This document shows positions 15,001 through 30,000 of a DNA stretch of 48,294 bases, one piece after another. The first letter of the stretch is position 1, and every line of letters begins with the position of its first letter. Position numbers and translations under genes: made by a program. Below the pieces are notes generated by a model. The model saw nothing but the letters and a program-made list of their open reading frames with translations. It was not told where the DNA came from and did not search any database. The DNA is from Nemertoderma westbladi (taxonomy: Eukaryota > Animalia > Xenacoelomorpha): NCBI GenBank assembly GCA_032718475.1, contig JAUCBJ010000716.1, forward strand, positions 1 through 48,294, written 5' to 3'.

Positions 15001-18000
15001 GAGAATCTAGGAATTTATAGAAGGGGAGAAGAATACAATATACAAGAGAATCTAGGAATTTATAGAAGGGGAGAAGAATACAATATACAAGAGAATCTAG
15101 GAATTTATAGAAGGGGAGAAGAATACAATATACAAGAGAATCTAGGAATTTATAGAAGGGGAGAAGAATACAATATACAAGAGAATCTAGGAATTTATAG
15201 AAGGGGAGAAGAATACAATATACAAGAGAATCTAGGAATTTATAGAAGGGGAGAAGAATACAATATACAAGAGAATCTAGGAATTTATAGAAGGGGAGAA
15301 GAATACAATATACAAGAGAATCTAGGAATTTATAGAAGGGGAGAAGAATACAATATACAAGAGAATCTAGGAATTTATAGAAGGGGAGAAGAATACAATA
15401 TACAAGAGAATCTAGGAATTTATAGAAGGGGAGAAGAATACAATATACAAGAGAATCTAGGAATTTATAGAAGGGGAGAAGAATACAATATACAAGAGAA
15501 TCTAGGAATTTATAGAAGGGGAGAAGAATACAATATACAAGAGAATCTAGGAATTTATAGAAGGGGAGAAGAATACAATATACAAGAGAATCTAGGAATT
15601 TATAGAAGGGGAGAAGAATACAATATACAAGAGAATCTAGGAATTTATAGAAGGGGAGAAGAATACAATATACAAGAGAATCTAGGAATTTATAGAAGGG
15701 GAGAAGAATACAATATACAAGAGAATCTAGGAATTTATAGAAGGGGAGAAGAATACAATATACAAGAGAATCTAGGAATTTATAGAAGGGGAGAAGAATA
15801 CAATATACAAGAGAATCTAGGAATTTATAGAAGGGGAGAAGAATACAATATACAAGAGAATCTAGGAATTTATAGAAGGGGAGAAGAATACAATATACAA
15901 GAGAATCTAGGAATTTATAGAAGGGGAGAAGAATACAATATACAAGAGAATCTAGGAATTTATAGAAGGGGAGAAGAATACAATATACAAGAGAATCTAG
16001 GAATTTATAGAAGGGGAGAAGAATACAATATACAAGAGAATCTAGGAATTTATAGAAGGGGAGAAGAATACAATATACAAGAGAATCTAGGAATTTATAG
16101 AAGGGGAGAAGAATACAATATACAAGAGAATCTAGGAATTTATAGAAGGGGAGAAGAATACAATATACAAGAGAATCTAGGAATTTATAGAAGGGGAGAA
16201 GAATACAATATACAAGAGAATCTAGGAATTTATAGAAGGGGAGAAGAATACAATATACAAGAGAATCTAGGAATTTATAGAAGGGGAGAAGAATACAATA
16301 TACAAGAGAATCTAGGAATTTATAGAAGGGGAGAAGAATACAATATACAAGAGAATCTAGGAATTTATAGAAGGGGAGAAGAATACAATATACAAGAGAA
16401 TCTAGGAATTTATAGAAGGGGAGAAGAATACAATATACAAGAGAATCTAGGAATTTATAGAAGGGGAGAAGAATACAATATACAAGAGAATCTAGGAATT
16501 TATAGAAGGGGAGAAGAATACAATATACAAGAGAATCTAGGAATTTATAGAAGGGGAGAAGAATACAATATACAAGAGAATCTAGGAATTTATAGAAGGG
16601 GAGAAGAATACAATATACAAGAGAATCTAGGAATTTATAGAAGGGGAGAAGAATACAATATACAAGAGAATCTAGGAATTTATAGAAGGGGAGAAGAATA
16701 CAATATACAAGAGAATCTAGGAATTTATAGAAGGGGAGAAGAATACAATATACAAGAGAATCTAGGAATTTATAGAAGGGGAGAAGAATACAATATACAA
16801 GAGAATCTAGGAATTTATAGAAGGGGAGAAGAATACAATATACAAGAGAATCTAGGAATTTATAGAAGGGGAGAAGAATACAATATACAAGAGAATCTAG
16901 GAATTTATAGAAGGGGAGAAGAATACAATATACAAGAGAATCTAGGAATTTATAGAAGGGGAGAAGAATACAATATACAAGAGAATCTAGGAATTTATAG
17001 AAGGGGAGAAGAATACAATATACAAGAGAATCTAGGAATTTATAGAAGGGGAGAAGAATACAATATACAAGAGAATCTAGGAATTTATAGAAGGGGAGAA
17101 GAATACAATATACAAGAGAATCTAGGAATTTATAGAAGGGGAGAAGAATACAATATACAAGAGAATCTAGGAATTTATAGAAGGGGAGAAGAATACAATA
17201 TACAAGAGAATCTAGGAATTTATAGAAGGGGAGAAGAATACAATATACAAGAGAATCTAGGAATTTATAGAAGGGGAGAAGAATACAATATACAAGAGAA
17301 TCTAGGAATTTATAGAAGGGGAGAAGAATACAATATACAAGAGAATCTAGGAATTTATAGAAGGGGAGAAGAATACAATATACAAGAGAATCTAGGAATT
17401 TATAGAAGGGGAGAAGAATACAATATACAAGAGAATCTAGGAATTTATAGAAGGGGAGAAGAATACAATATACAAGAGAATCTAGGAATTTATAGAAGGG
17501 GAGAAGAATACAATATACAAGAGAATCTAGGAATTTATAGAAGGGGAGAAGAATACAATATACAAGAGAATCTAGGAATTTATAGAAGGGGAGAAGAATA
17601 CAATATACAAGATAATCTAGGAATTTATAGAAGGGGAGAAGAATACAATATACAAGAGAATCTAGGAATTTATAGAAGGGAAGAATAATACAATATACAA
17701 GAGAATCTAGGAATTTATAGAAGGGGAGAAGAATACAATATACAAGAGAATCTAGGAATTTATAGAAGGGAAGAAGAATACAATATACAAGAGAATCTAG
17801 GAATTTATAGAAGGGAAGAAGAATACAATATACAAGATAATCTAGGAATTTATAGAAGGGGAGAAGAATACAATATACAAGAGAATCTAGGAATTTATAG
17901 AAGGGAAGAAGAATACAATATACAAGAGAATGTAGGAATTTATAGAAGGGGAGAAGAATACAATATACAAGATAATCTAGGAATTTATAGAAGGGGAGAA

Positions 18001-21000
18001 GAATACAATATACAAGAGAATCTAGGAATTTATAGAAGGGAAGAAGAATACAATATACAAGAGAATCTAGGAATTTATAGAAGGGGAGAAGAATACAATA
18101 TACAAGAGAATCTAGGAATTTATAGAAGGGGAGAAGAATACAATATACAAGAGAATCTAGGAATTTATAGAAGGGGAGAAGAATACAATATACAAGAGAA
18201 TCTAGGAATTTATAGAAGGGGAGAAGAATACAATATACAAGAGAATCTAGGAATTTATAGAAGGGGAGAAGAATACAATATACAAGAGAATCTAGGAATT
18301 TATAGAAGGGAAGAAGAATACAATATACAAGAGAATCTAGGAATTTATAGAAGGGGAGAAGAATACAATATACAAGAGAATCTAGGAATTTATAGAAGGG
18401 GAGAAGAATACAATATACAAGAGAATCTAGGAATTTATAGAAGGGAAGAATAATACAATATACAAGAGAATGTAGGAATTTATAGAAGGGGAGAAGAATA
18501 CAATATACAAGAGAATCTAGGAATTTATAGAAGGGAAGAAGAATACAATATACAAGAGAATCTAGGAATTTATAGAAGGGGAGAAGAATACAATATACAA
18601 GATAATCTAGGAATTTATAGAAGGGGAGAAGAATACAATATACAAGAGAATCTAGGAATTTATAGAAGGGAAGAATAATACAATATACAAGAGAATGTAG
18701 GAATTTATAGAAGGGGAGAAGAATACAATATACAAGAGAATCTAGGAATTTATAGAAGGGAAGAAGAATACAATATACAAGAGAATCTAGGAATTTATAG
18801 AAGGGAAGAAGAATACAATATACAAGATAATCTAGGAATTTATAGAAGGGGAGAAGAATACAATATACAAGAGAATCTAGGAATTTATAGAAGGGAAGAA
18901 TAATACAATATACAAGAGAATGTAGGAATTTATAGAAGGGGAGAAGAATACAATATACAAGATAATCTAGGAATTTATAGAAGGGGAGAAGAATACAATA
19001 TACAAGAGAATCTAGGAATTTATAGAAGGGGAGAAGAATACAATATACAAGAGAATGTAGGAATTTATAGAAGGGGAGAAGAATACAATATACAAGAGAA
19101 TCTAGGAATTTATAGAAGGGGAGAAGAATACAATATACAAGATAATCTAGGAATTTATAGAAGGGGAGAAGAATACAATATACAAGAGAATGTAGGAATT
19201 TATAGAAGGGGAGAAGAATACAATATACAAGAGAATCTAGGAATTTATAGAAGGGGAGAAGAATACAATATACAAGAGAATCTAGGAATTTATAGAAGGG
19301 AAGAAGAATACAATATACAAGAGAATCTAGGAATTTATAGAAGGGGAGAAGAATACAATATACAAGAGAATCTAGGAATTTATAGAAGGGGAGAAGAATA
19401 CAATATACAAGAGAATCTAGGAATTTATAGAAGGGAAGAATAATACAATATACAAGAGAATCTAGGAATTTATAGAAGGGGAGAAGAATACAATATACAA
19501 GAGAATCTAGGAATTTATAGAAGGGGAGAAGAATACAATATACAAGAGAATCTAGGAATTTATAGAAGGGGAGAAGAATACAATATACAAGAGAATCTAG
19601 GAATTTATAGAAGGGGAGAAGAATACAATATACAAGAGAATCTAGGAATTTATAGAAGGGGAGAAGAATACAATATACAAGAGAATCTAGGAATTTATAG
19701 AAGGGGAGAAGAATACAATATACAAGAGAATCTAGGAATTTATAGAAGGGGAGAAGAATACAATATACAAGAGAATCTAGGAATTTATAGAAGGGGAGAA
19801 GAATACAATATACAAGAGAATCTAGGAATTTATAGAAGGGGAGAAGAATACAATATACAAGAGAATCTAGGAATTTATAGAAGGGGAGAAGAATACAATA
19901 TACAAGAGAATCTAGGAATTTATAGAAGGGGAGAAGAATACAATATACAAGAGAATCTAGGAATTTATAGAAGGGGAGAAGAATACAATATACAAGAGAA
20001 TCTAGGAATTTATAGAAGGGAAGAAGAATACAATATACAAGAGAATCTAGGAATTTATAGAAGGGGAGAAGAATACAATATACAAGAGAATCTAGGAATT
20101 TATAGAAGGGGAGAAGAATACAATATACAAGATAATCTAGGAATTTATAGAAGGGAAGAAGAATACAATATACAAGAGAATGTAGGAATTTATAGAAGGG
20201 GAGAAGAATACAATATACAAGAGAATCTAGGAATTTATAGAAGGGGAGAAGAATACAATATACAAGATAATCTAGGAATTTATAGAAGGGGAGAAGAATA
20301 CAATATACAAGAGAATGTAGGAATTTATAGAAGGGGAGAAGAATACAATATACAAGAGAATCTAGGAATTTATAGAAGGGGAGAAGAATACAATATACAA
20401 GAGAATCTAGGAATTTATAGAAGGGGAGAAGAATACAATATACAAGAGAATCTAGGAATTTATAGAAGGGGAGAAGAATACAATATACAAGATAATCTAG
20501 GAATTTATAGAAGGGGAGAAGAATACAATATACAAGAGAATCTAGGAATTTATAGAAGGGAAGAATAATACAATATACAAGAGAATCTAGGAATTTATAG
20601 AAGGGGAGAAGAATACAATATACAAGAGAATCTAGGAATTTATAGAAGGGAAGAAGAATACAATATACAAGAGAATCTAGGAATTTATAGAAGGGAAGAA
20701 TAATACAATATACAAGAGAATGTAGGAATTTATAGAAGGGGAGAAGAATACAATATACAAGAGAATCTAGGAATTTATAGAAGGGGAGAAGAATACAATA
20801 TACAAGAGAATCTAGGAATTTATAGAAGGGGAGAAGAATACAATATACAAGATAATCTAGGAATTTATAGAAGGGGAGAAGAATACAATATACAAGAGAA
20901 TCTAGGAATTTATAGAAGGGAAGAATAATACAATATACAAGAGAATGTAGGAATTTATAGAAGGGGAGAAGAATACAATATACAAGAGAATCTAGGAATT

Positions 21001-24000
21001 TATAGAAGGGGAGAAGAATACAATATACAAGAGAATCTAGGAATTTATAGAAGGGAAGAAGAATACAATATACAAGATAATCTAGGAATTTATAGAAGGG
21101 GAGAAGAATACAATATACAAGAGAATCTAGGAATTTATAGAAGGGAAGAAGAATACAATATACAAGAGAATCTAGGAATTTATAGAAGGGGAGAAGAATA
21201 CAATATACAAGAGAATCTAGGAATTTATAGAAGGGGAGAAGAATACAATATACAAGAGAATCTAGGAATTTATAGAAGGGAAGAATAATACAATATACAA
21301 GAGAATCTAGGAATTTATAGAAGGGGAGAAGAATACAATATACAAGAGAATCTAGGAATTTATAGAAGGGGAGAAGAATACAATATACAAGAGAATCTAG
21401 GAATTTATAGAAGGGGAGAAGAATACAATATACAAGAGAATCTAGGAATTTATAGAAGGGGAGAAGAATACAATATACAAGAGAATCTAGGAATTTATAG
21501 AAGGGGAGAAGAATACAATATACAAGAGAATCTAGGAATTTATAGAAGGGAAGAAGAATACAATATACAAGATAATCTAGGAATTTATAGAAGGGGAGAA
21601 GAATACAATATACAAGAGAATCTAGGAATTTATAGAAGGGGAGAAGAATACAATATACAAGAGAATCTAGGAATTTATAGAAGGGGAGAAGAATACAATA
21701 TACAAGAGAATCTAGGAATTTATAGAAGGGGAGAAGAATACAATATACAAGAGAATCTAGGAATTTATAGAAGGGGAGAAGAATACAATATACAAGATAA
21801 TCTAGGAATTTATAGAAGGGGAGAAGAATACAATATACAAGAGAATCTAGGAATTTATAGAAGGGAAGAAGAATACAATATACAAGAGAATCTAGGAATT
21901 TATAGAAGGGGAGAAGAATACAATATACAAGAGAATCTAGGAATTTATAGAAGGGGAGAAGAATACAATATACAAGAGAATCTAGGAATTTATAGAAGGG
22001 GAGAAGAATACAATATACAAGATAATCTAGGAATTTATAGAAGGGGAGAAGAATACAATATACAAGAGAATCTAGGAATTTATAGAAGGGAAGAATAATA
22101 CAATATACAAGAGAATGTAGGAATTTATAGAAGGGGAGAAGAATACAATATACAAGAGAATCTAGGAATTTATAGAAGGGGAGAAGAATACAATATACAA
22201 GAGAATCTAGGAATTTATAGAAGGGGAGAAGAATACAATATACAAGAGAATCTAGGAATTTATAGAAGGGGAGAAGAATACAATATACAAGAGAATCTAG
22301 GAATTTATAGAAGGGGAGAAGAATACAATATACAAGAGAATCTAGGAATTTATAGAAGGGGAGAAGAATACAATATACAAGATAATCTAGGAATTTATAG
22401 AAGGGGAGAAGAATACAATATACAAGAGAATCTAGGAATTTATAGAAGGGAAGAAGAATACAATATACAAGAGAATCTAGGAATTTATAGAAGGGGAGAA
22501 GAATACAATATACAAGAGAATCTAGGAATTTATAGAAGGGGAGAAGAATACAATATACAAGAGAATCTAGGAATTTATAGAAGGGGAGAAGAATACAATA
22601 TACAAGAGAATCTAGGAATTTATAGAAGGGGAGAAGAATACAATATACAAGAGAATCTAGGAATTTATAGAAGGGAAGAAGAATACAATATACAAGAGAA
22701 TCTAGGAATTTATAGAAGGGGAGAAGAATACAATATACAAGATAATCTAGGAATTTATAGAAGGGGAGAAGAATACAATATACAAGAGAATCTAGGAATT
22801 TATAGAAGGGAAGAAGAATACAATATACAAGAGAATCTAGGAATTTATAGAAGGGGAGAAGAATACAATATACAAGAGAATCTAGGAATTTATAGAAGGG
22901 GAGAAGAATACAATATACAAGAGAATCTAGGAATTTATAGAAGGGGAGAAGAATACAATATACAAGAGAATCTAGGAATTTATAGAAGGGGAGAAGAATA
23001 CAATATACAAGAGAATCTAGGAATTTATAGAAGGGGAGAAGAATACAATATACAAGAGAATCTAGGAATTTATAGAAGGGGAGAAGAATACAATATACAA
23101 GAGAATCTAGGAATTTATAGAAGGGAAGAAGAATACAATATACAAGAGAATCTAGGAATTTATAGAAGGGGAGAAGAATACAATATACAAGAGAATCTAG
23201 GAATTTATAGAAGGGGAGAAGAATACAATATACAAGAGAATCTAGGAATTTATAGAAGGGGAGAAGAATACAATATACAAGAGAATCTAGGAATTTATAG
23301 AAGGGGAGAAGAATACAATATACAAGAGAATCTAGGAATTTATAGAAGGGGAGAAGAATACAATATACAAGAGAATCTAGGAATTTATAGAAGGGGAGAA
23401 GAATACAATATACAAGAGAATCTAGGAATTTATAGAAGGGGAGAAGAATACAATATACAAGAGAATCTAGGAATTTATAGAAGGGGAGAAGAATACAATA
23501 TACAAGAGAATCTAGGAATTTATAGAAGGGGAGAAGAATACAATATACAAGAGAATCTAGGAATTTATAGAAGGGGAGAAGAATACAATATACAAGAGAA
23601 TCTAGGAATTTATAGAAGGGGAGAAGAATACAATATACAAGAGAATCTAGGAATTTATAGAAGGGGAGAAGAATACAATATACAAGAGAATCTAGGAATT
23701 TATAGAAGGGGAGAAGAATACAATATACAAGAGAATCTAGGAATTTATAGAAGGGGAGAAGAATACAATATACAAGAGAATCTAGGAATTTATAGAAGGG
23801 GAGAAGAATACAATATACAAGAGAATCTAGGAATTTATAGAAGGGGAGAAGAATACAATATACAAGATAATCTAGGAATTTATAGAAGGGGAGAAGAATA
23901 CAATATACAAGAGAATCTAGGAATTTATAGAAGGGGAGAAGAATACAATATACAAGAGAATCTAGGAATTTATAGAAGGGGAGAAGAATACAATATACAA

Positions 24001-27000
24001 GAGAATCTAGGAATTTATAGAAGGGGAGAAGAATACAATATACAAGAGAATCTAGGAATTTATAGAAGGGGAGAAGAATACAATATACAAGAGAATCTAG
24101 GAATTTATAGAAGGGGAGAAGAATACAATATACAAGAGAATCTAGGAATTTATAGAAGGGGAGAAGAATACAATATACAAGAGAATCTAGGAATTTATAG
24201 AAGGGGAGAAGAATACAATATACAAGAGAATCTAGGAATTTATAGAAGGGGAGAAGAATACAATATACAAGAGAATCTAGGAATTTATAGAAGGGGAGAA
24301 GAATACAATATACAAGAGAATCTAGGAATTTATAGAAGGGGAGAAGAATACAATATACAAGAGAATCTAGGAATTTATAGAAGGGGAGAAGAATACAATA
24401 TACAAGAGAATCTAGGAATTTATAGAAGGGGAGAAGAATACAATATACAAGAGAATCTAGGAATTTATAGAAGGGGAGAAGAATACAATATACAAGAGAA
24501 TCTAGGAATTTATAGAAGGGGAGAAGAATACAATATACAAGAGAATCTAGGAATTTATAGAAGGGGAGAAGAATACAATATACAAGAGAATCTAGGAATT
24601 TATAGAAGGGGAGAAGAATACAATATACAAGAGAATCTAGGAATTTATAGAAGGGGAGAAGAATACAATATACAAGAGAATCTAGGAATTTATAGAAGGG
24701 GAGAAGAATACAATATACAAGATAATCTAGGAATTTATAGAAGGGGAGAAGAATACAATATACAAGAGAATCTAGGAATTTATAGAAGGGGAGAAGAATA
24801 CAATATACAAGAGAATCTAGGAATTTATAGAAGGGGAGAAGAATACAATATACAAGAGAATCTAGGAATTTATAGAAGGGGAGAAGAATACAATATACAA
24901 GAGAATCTAGGAATTTATAGAAGGGGAGAAGAATACAATATACAAGAGAATCTAGGAATTTATAGAAGGGGAGAAGAATACAATATACAAGAGAATCTAG
25001 GAATTTATAGAAGGGGAGAAGAATACAATATACAAGAGAATCTAGGAATTTATAGAAGGGGAGAAGAATACAATATACAAGAGAATCTAGGAATTTATAG
25101 AAGGGGAGAAGAATACAATATACAAGATAATCTAGGAATTTATAGAAGGGGAGAAGAATACAATATACAAGAGAATCTAGGAATTTATAGAAGGGAAGAA
25201 TAATACAATATACAAGAGAATGTAGGAATTTATAGAAGGGGAGAAGAATACAATATACAAGAGAATCTAGGAATTTATAGAAGGGGAGAAGAATACAATA
25301 TACAAGAGAATCTAGGAATTTATAGAAGGGGAGAAGAATACAATATACAAGAGAATCTAGGAATTTATAGAAGGGAAGAAGAATACAATATACAAGAGAA
25401 TCTAGGAATTTATAGAAGGGGAGAAGAATACAATATACAAGAGAATCTAGGAATTTATAGAAGGGGAGAAGAATACAATATACAAGAGAATCTAGGAATT
25501 TATAGAAGGGGAGAAGAATACAATATACAAGAGAATCTAGGAATTTATAGAAGGGGAGAAGAATACAATATACAAGAGAATCTAGGAATTTATAGAAGGG
25601 GAGAAGAATACAATATACAAGAGAATCTAGGAATTTATAGAAGGGGAGAAGAATACAATATACAAGAGAATCTAGGAATTTATAGAAGGGGAGAAGAATA
25701 CAATATACAAGAGAATCTAGGAATTTATAGAAGGGGAGAAGAATACAATATACAAGAGAATCTAGGAATTTATAGAAGGGAAGAAGAATACAATATACAA
25801 GAGAATCTAGGAATTTATAGAAGGGGAGAAGAATACAATATACAAGAGAATCTAGGAATTTATAGAAGGGGAGAAGAATACAATATACAAGAGAATCTAG
25901 GAATTTATAGAAGGGGAGAAGAATACAATATACAAGAGAATCTAGGAATTTATAGAAGGGGAGAAGAATACAATATACAAGAGAATCTAGGAATTTATAG
26001 AAGGGGAGAAGAATACAATATACAAGAGAATCTAGGAATTTATAGAAGGGGAGAAGAATACAATATACAAGAGAATCTAGGAATTTATAGAAGGGGAGAA
26101 GAATACAATATACAAGAGAATCTAGGAATTTATAGAAGGGGAGAAGAATACAATATACAAGAGAATCTAGGAATTTATAGAAGGGGAGAAGAATACAATA
26201 TACAAGAGAATCTAGGAATTTATAGAAGGGGAGAAGAATACAATATACAAGAGAATCTAGGAATTTATAGAAGGGGAGAAGAATACAATATACAAGAGAA
26301 TCTAGGAATTTATAGAAGGGGAGAAGAATACAATATACAAGAGAATCTAGGAATTTATAGAAGGGGAGAAGAATACAATATACAAGAGAATCTAGGAATT
26401 TATAGAAGGGGAGAAGAATACAATATACAAGAGAATCTAGGAATTTATAGAAGGGGAGAAGAATACAATATACAAGAGAATCTAGGAATTTATAGAAGGG
26501 GAGAAGAATACAATATACAAGAGAATCTAGGAATTTATAGAAGGGGAGAAGAATACAATATACAAGAGAATCTAGGAATTTATAGAAGGGGAGAAGAATA
26601 CAATATACAAGAGAATCTAGGAATTTATAGAAGGGGAGAAGAATACAATATACAAGATAATCTAGGAATTTATAGAAGGGGAGAAGAATACAATATACAA
26701 GAGAATCTAGGAATTTATAGAAGGGGAGAAGAATACAATATACAAGAGAATCTAGGAATTTATAGAAGGGGAGAAGAATACAATATACAAGAGAATCTAG
26801 GAATTTATAGAAGGGGAGAAGAATACAATATACAAGAGAATCTAGGAATTTATAGAAGGGGAGAAGAATACAATATACAAGAGAATCTAGGAATTTATAG
26901 AAGGGGAGAAGAATACAATATACAAGAGAATCTAGGAATTTATAGAAGGGGAGAAGAATACAATATACAAGAGAATCTAGGAATTTATAGAAGGGGAGAA

Positions 27001-30000
27001 GAATACAATATACAAGAGAATCTAGGAATTTATAGAAGGGGAGAAGAATACAATATACAAGAGAATCTAGGAATTTATAGAAGGGGAGAAGAATACAATA
27101 TACAAGAGAATCTAGGAATTTATAGAAGGGGAGAAGAATACAATATACAAGAGAATCTAGGAATTTATAGAAGGGGAGAAGAATACAATATACAAGAGAA
27201 TCTAGGAATTTATAGAAGGGGAGAAGAATACAATATACAAGAGAATCTAGGAATTTATAGAAGGGGAGAAGAATACAATATACAAGAGAATCTAGGAATT
27301 TATAGAAGGGGAGAAGAATACAATATACAAGAGAATCTAGGAATTTATAGAAGGGGAGAAGAATACAATATACAAGAGAATCTAGGAATTTATAGAAGGG
27401 GAGAAGAATACAATATACAAGAGAATCTAGGAATTTATAGAAGGGGAGAAGAATACAATATACAAGAGAATCTAGGAATTTATAGAAGGGGAGAAGAATA
27501 CAATATACAAGAGAATCTAGGAATTTATAGAAGGGGAGAAGAATACAATATACAAGAGAATCTAGGAATTTATAGAAGGGGAGAAGAATACAATATACAA
27601 GAGAATCTAGGAATTTATAGAAGGGGAGAAGAATACAATATACAAGAGAATCTAGGAATTTATAGAAGGGGAGAAGAATACAATATACAAGAGAATCTAG
27701 GAATTTATAGAAGGGGAGAAGAATACAATATACAAGAGAATCTAGGAATTTATAGAAGGGGAGAAGAATACAATATACAAGAGAATCTAGGAATTTATAG
27801 AAGGGGAGAAGAATACAATATACAAGAGAATCTAGGAATTTATAGAAGGGGAGAAGAATACAATATACAAGAGAATCTAGGAATTTATAGAAGGGGAGAA
27901 GAATACAATATACAAGAGAATCTAGGAATTTATAGAAGGGGAGAAGAATACAATATACAAGAGAATCTAGGAATTTATAGAAGGGAAGAAGAATACAATA
28001 TACAAGAGAATCTAGGAATTTATAGAAGGGGAGAAGAATACAATATACAAGAGAATCTAGGAATTTATAGAAGGGGAGAAGAATACAATATACAAGAGAA
28101 TCTAGGAATTTATAGAAGGGGAGAAGAATACAATATACAAGAGAATCTAGGAATTTATAGAAGGGGAGAAGAATACAATATACAAGAGAATCTAGGAATT
28201 TATAGAAGGGGAGAAGAATACAATATACAAGAGAATCTAGGAATTTATAGAAGGGGAGAAGAATACAATATACAAGAGAATCTAGGAATTTATAGAAGGG
28301 GAGAAGAATACAATATACAAGAGAATCTAGGAATTTATAGAAGGGGAGAAGAATACAATATACAAGAGAATCTAGGAATTTATAGAAGGGGAGAAGAATA
28401 CAATATACAAGAGAATCTAGGAATTTATAGAAGGGGAGAAGAATACAATATACAAGAGAATCTAGGAATTTATAGAAGGGGAGAAGAATACAATATACAA
28501 GAGAATCTAGGAATTTATAGAAGGGGAGAAGAATACAATATACAAGAGAATCTAGGAATTTATAGAAGGGGAGAAGAATACAATATACAAGAGAATCTAG
28601 GAATTTATAGAAGGGGAGAAGAATACAATATACAAGAGAATCTAGGAATTTATAGAAGGGGAGAAGAATACAATATACAAGAGAATCTAGGAATTTATAG
28701 AAGGGGAGAAGAATACAATATACAAGAGAATCTAGGAATTTATAGAAGGGGAGAAGAATACAATATACAAGAGAATCTAGGAATTTATAGAAGGGGAGAA
28801 GAATACAATATACAAGAGAATCTAGGAATTTATAGAAGGGGAGAAGAATACAATATACAAGAGAATCTAGGAATTTATAGAAGGGGAGAAGAATACAATA
28901 TACAAGATAATCTAGGAATTTATAGAAGGGGAGAAGAATACAATATACAAGAGAATCTAGGAATTTATAGAAGGGGAGAAGAATACAATATACAAGAGAA
29001 TCTAGGAATTTATAGAAGGGGAGAAGAATACAATATACAAGAGAATCTAGGAATTTATAGAAGGGGAGAAGAATACAATATACAAGAGAATCTAGGAATT
29101 TATAGAAGGGGAGAAGAATACAATATACAAGAGAATCTAGGAATTTATAGAAGGGGAGAAGAATACAATATACAAGAGAATCTAGGAATTTATAGAAGGG
29201 GAGAAGAATACAATATACAAGAGAATCTAGGAATTTATAGAAGGGGAGAAGAATACAATATACAAGAGAATCTAGGAATTTATAGAAGGGGAGAAGAATA
29301 CAATATACAAGAGAATCTAGGAATTTATAGAAGGGGAGAAGAATACAATATACAAGAGAATCTAGGAATTTATAGAAGGGGAGAAGAATACAATATACAA
29401 GAGAATCTAGGAATTTATAGAAGGGGAGAAGAATACAATATACAAGAGAATCTAGGAATTTATAGAAGGGGAGAAGAATACAATATACAAGAGAATCTAG
29501 GAATTTATAGAAGGGGAGAAGAATACAATATACAAGAGAATCTAGGAATTTATAGAAGGGGAGAAGAATACAATATACAAGAGAATCTAGGAATTTATAG
29601 AAGGGGAGAAGAATACAATATACAAGAGAATCTAGGAATTTATAGAAGGGGAGAAGAATACAATATACAAGATAATCTAGGAATTTATAGAAGGGGAGAA
29701 GAATACAATATACAAGAGAATCTAGGAATTTATAGAAGGGGAGAAGAATACAATATACAAGAGAATCTAGGAATTTATAGAAGGGGAGAAGAATACAATA
29801 TACAAGAGAATCTAGGAATTTATAGAAGGGGAGAAGAATACAATATACAAGATAATCTAGGAATTTATAGAAGGGGAGAAGAATACAATATACAAGATAA
29901 TCTAGGAATTTATAGAAGGGGAGAAGAATACAATATACAAGAGAATCTAGGAATTTATAGAAGGGGAGAAGAATACAATATACAAGAGAATCTAGGAATT

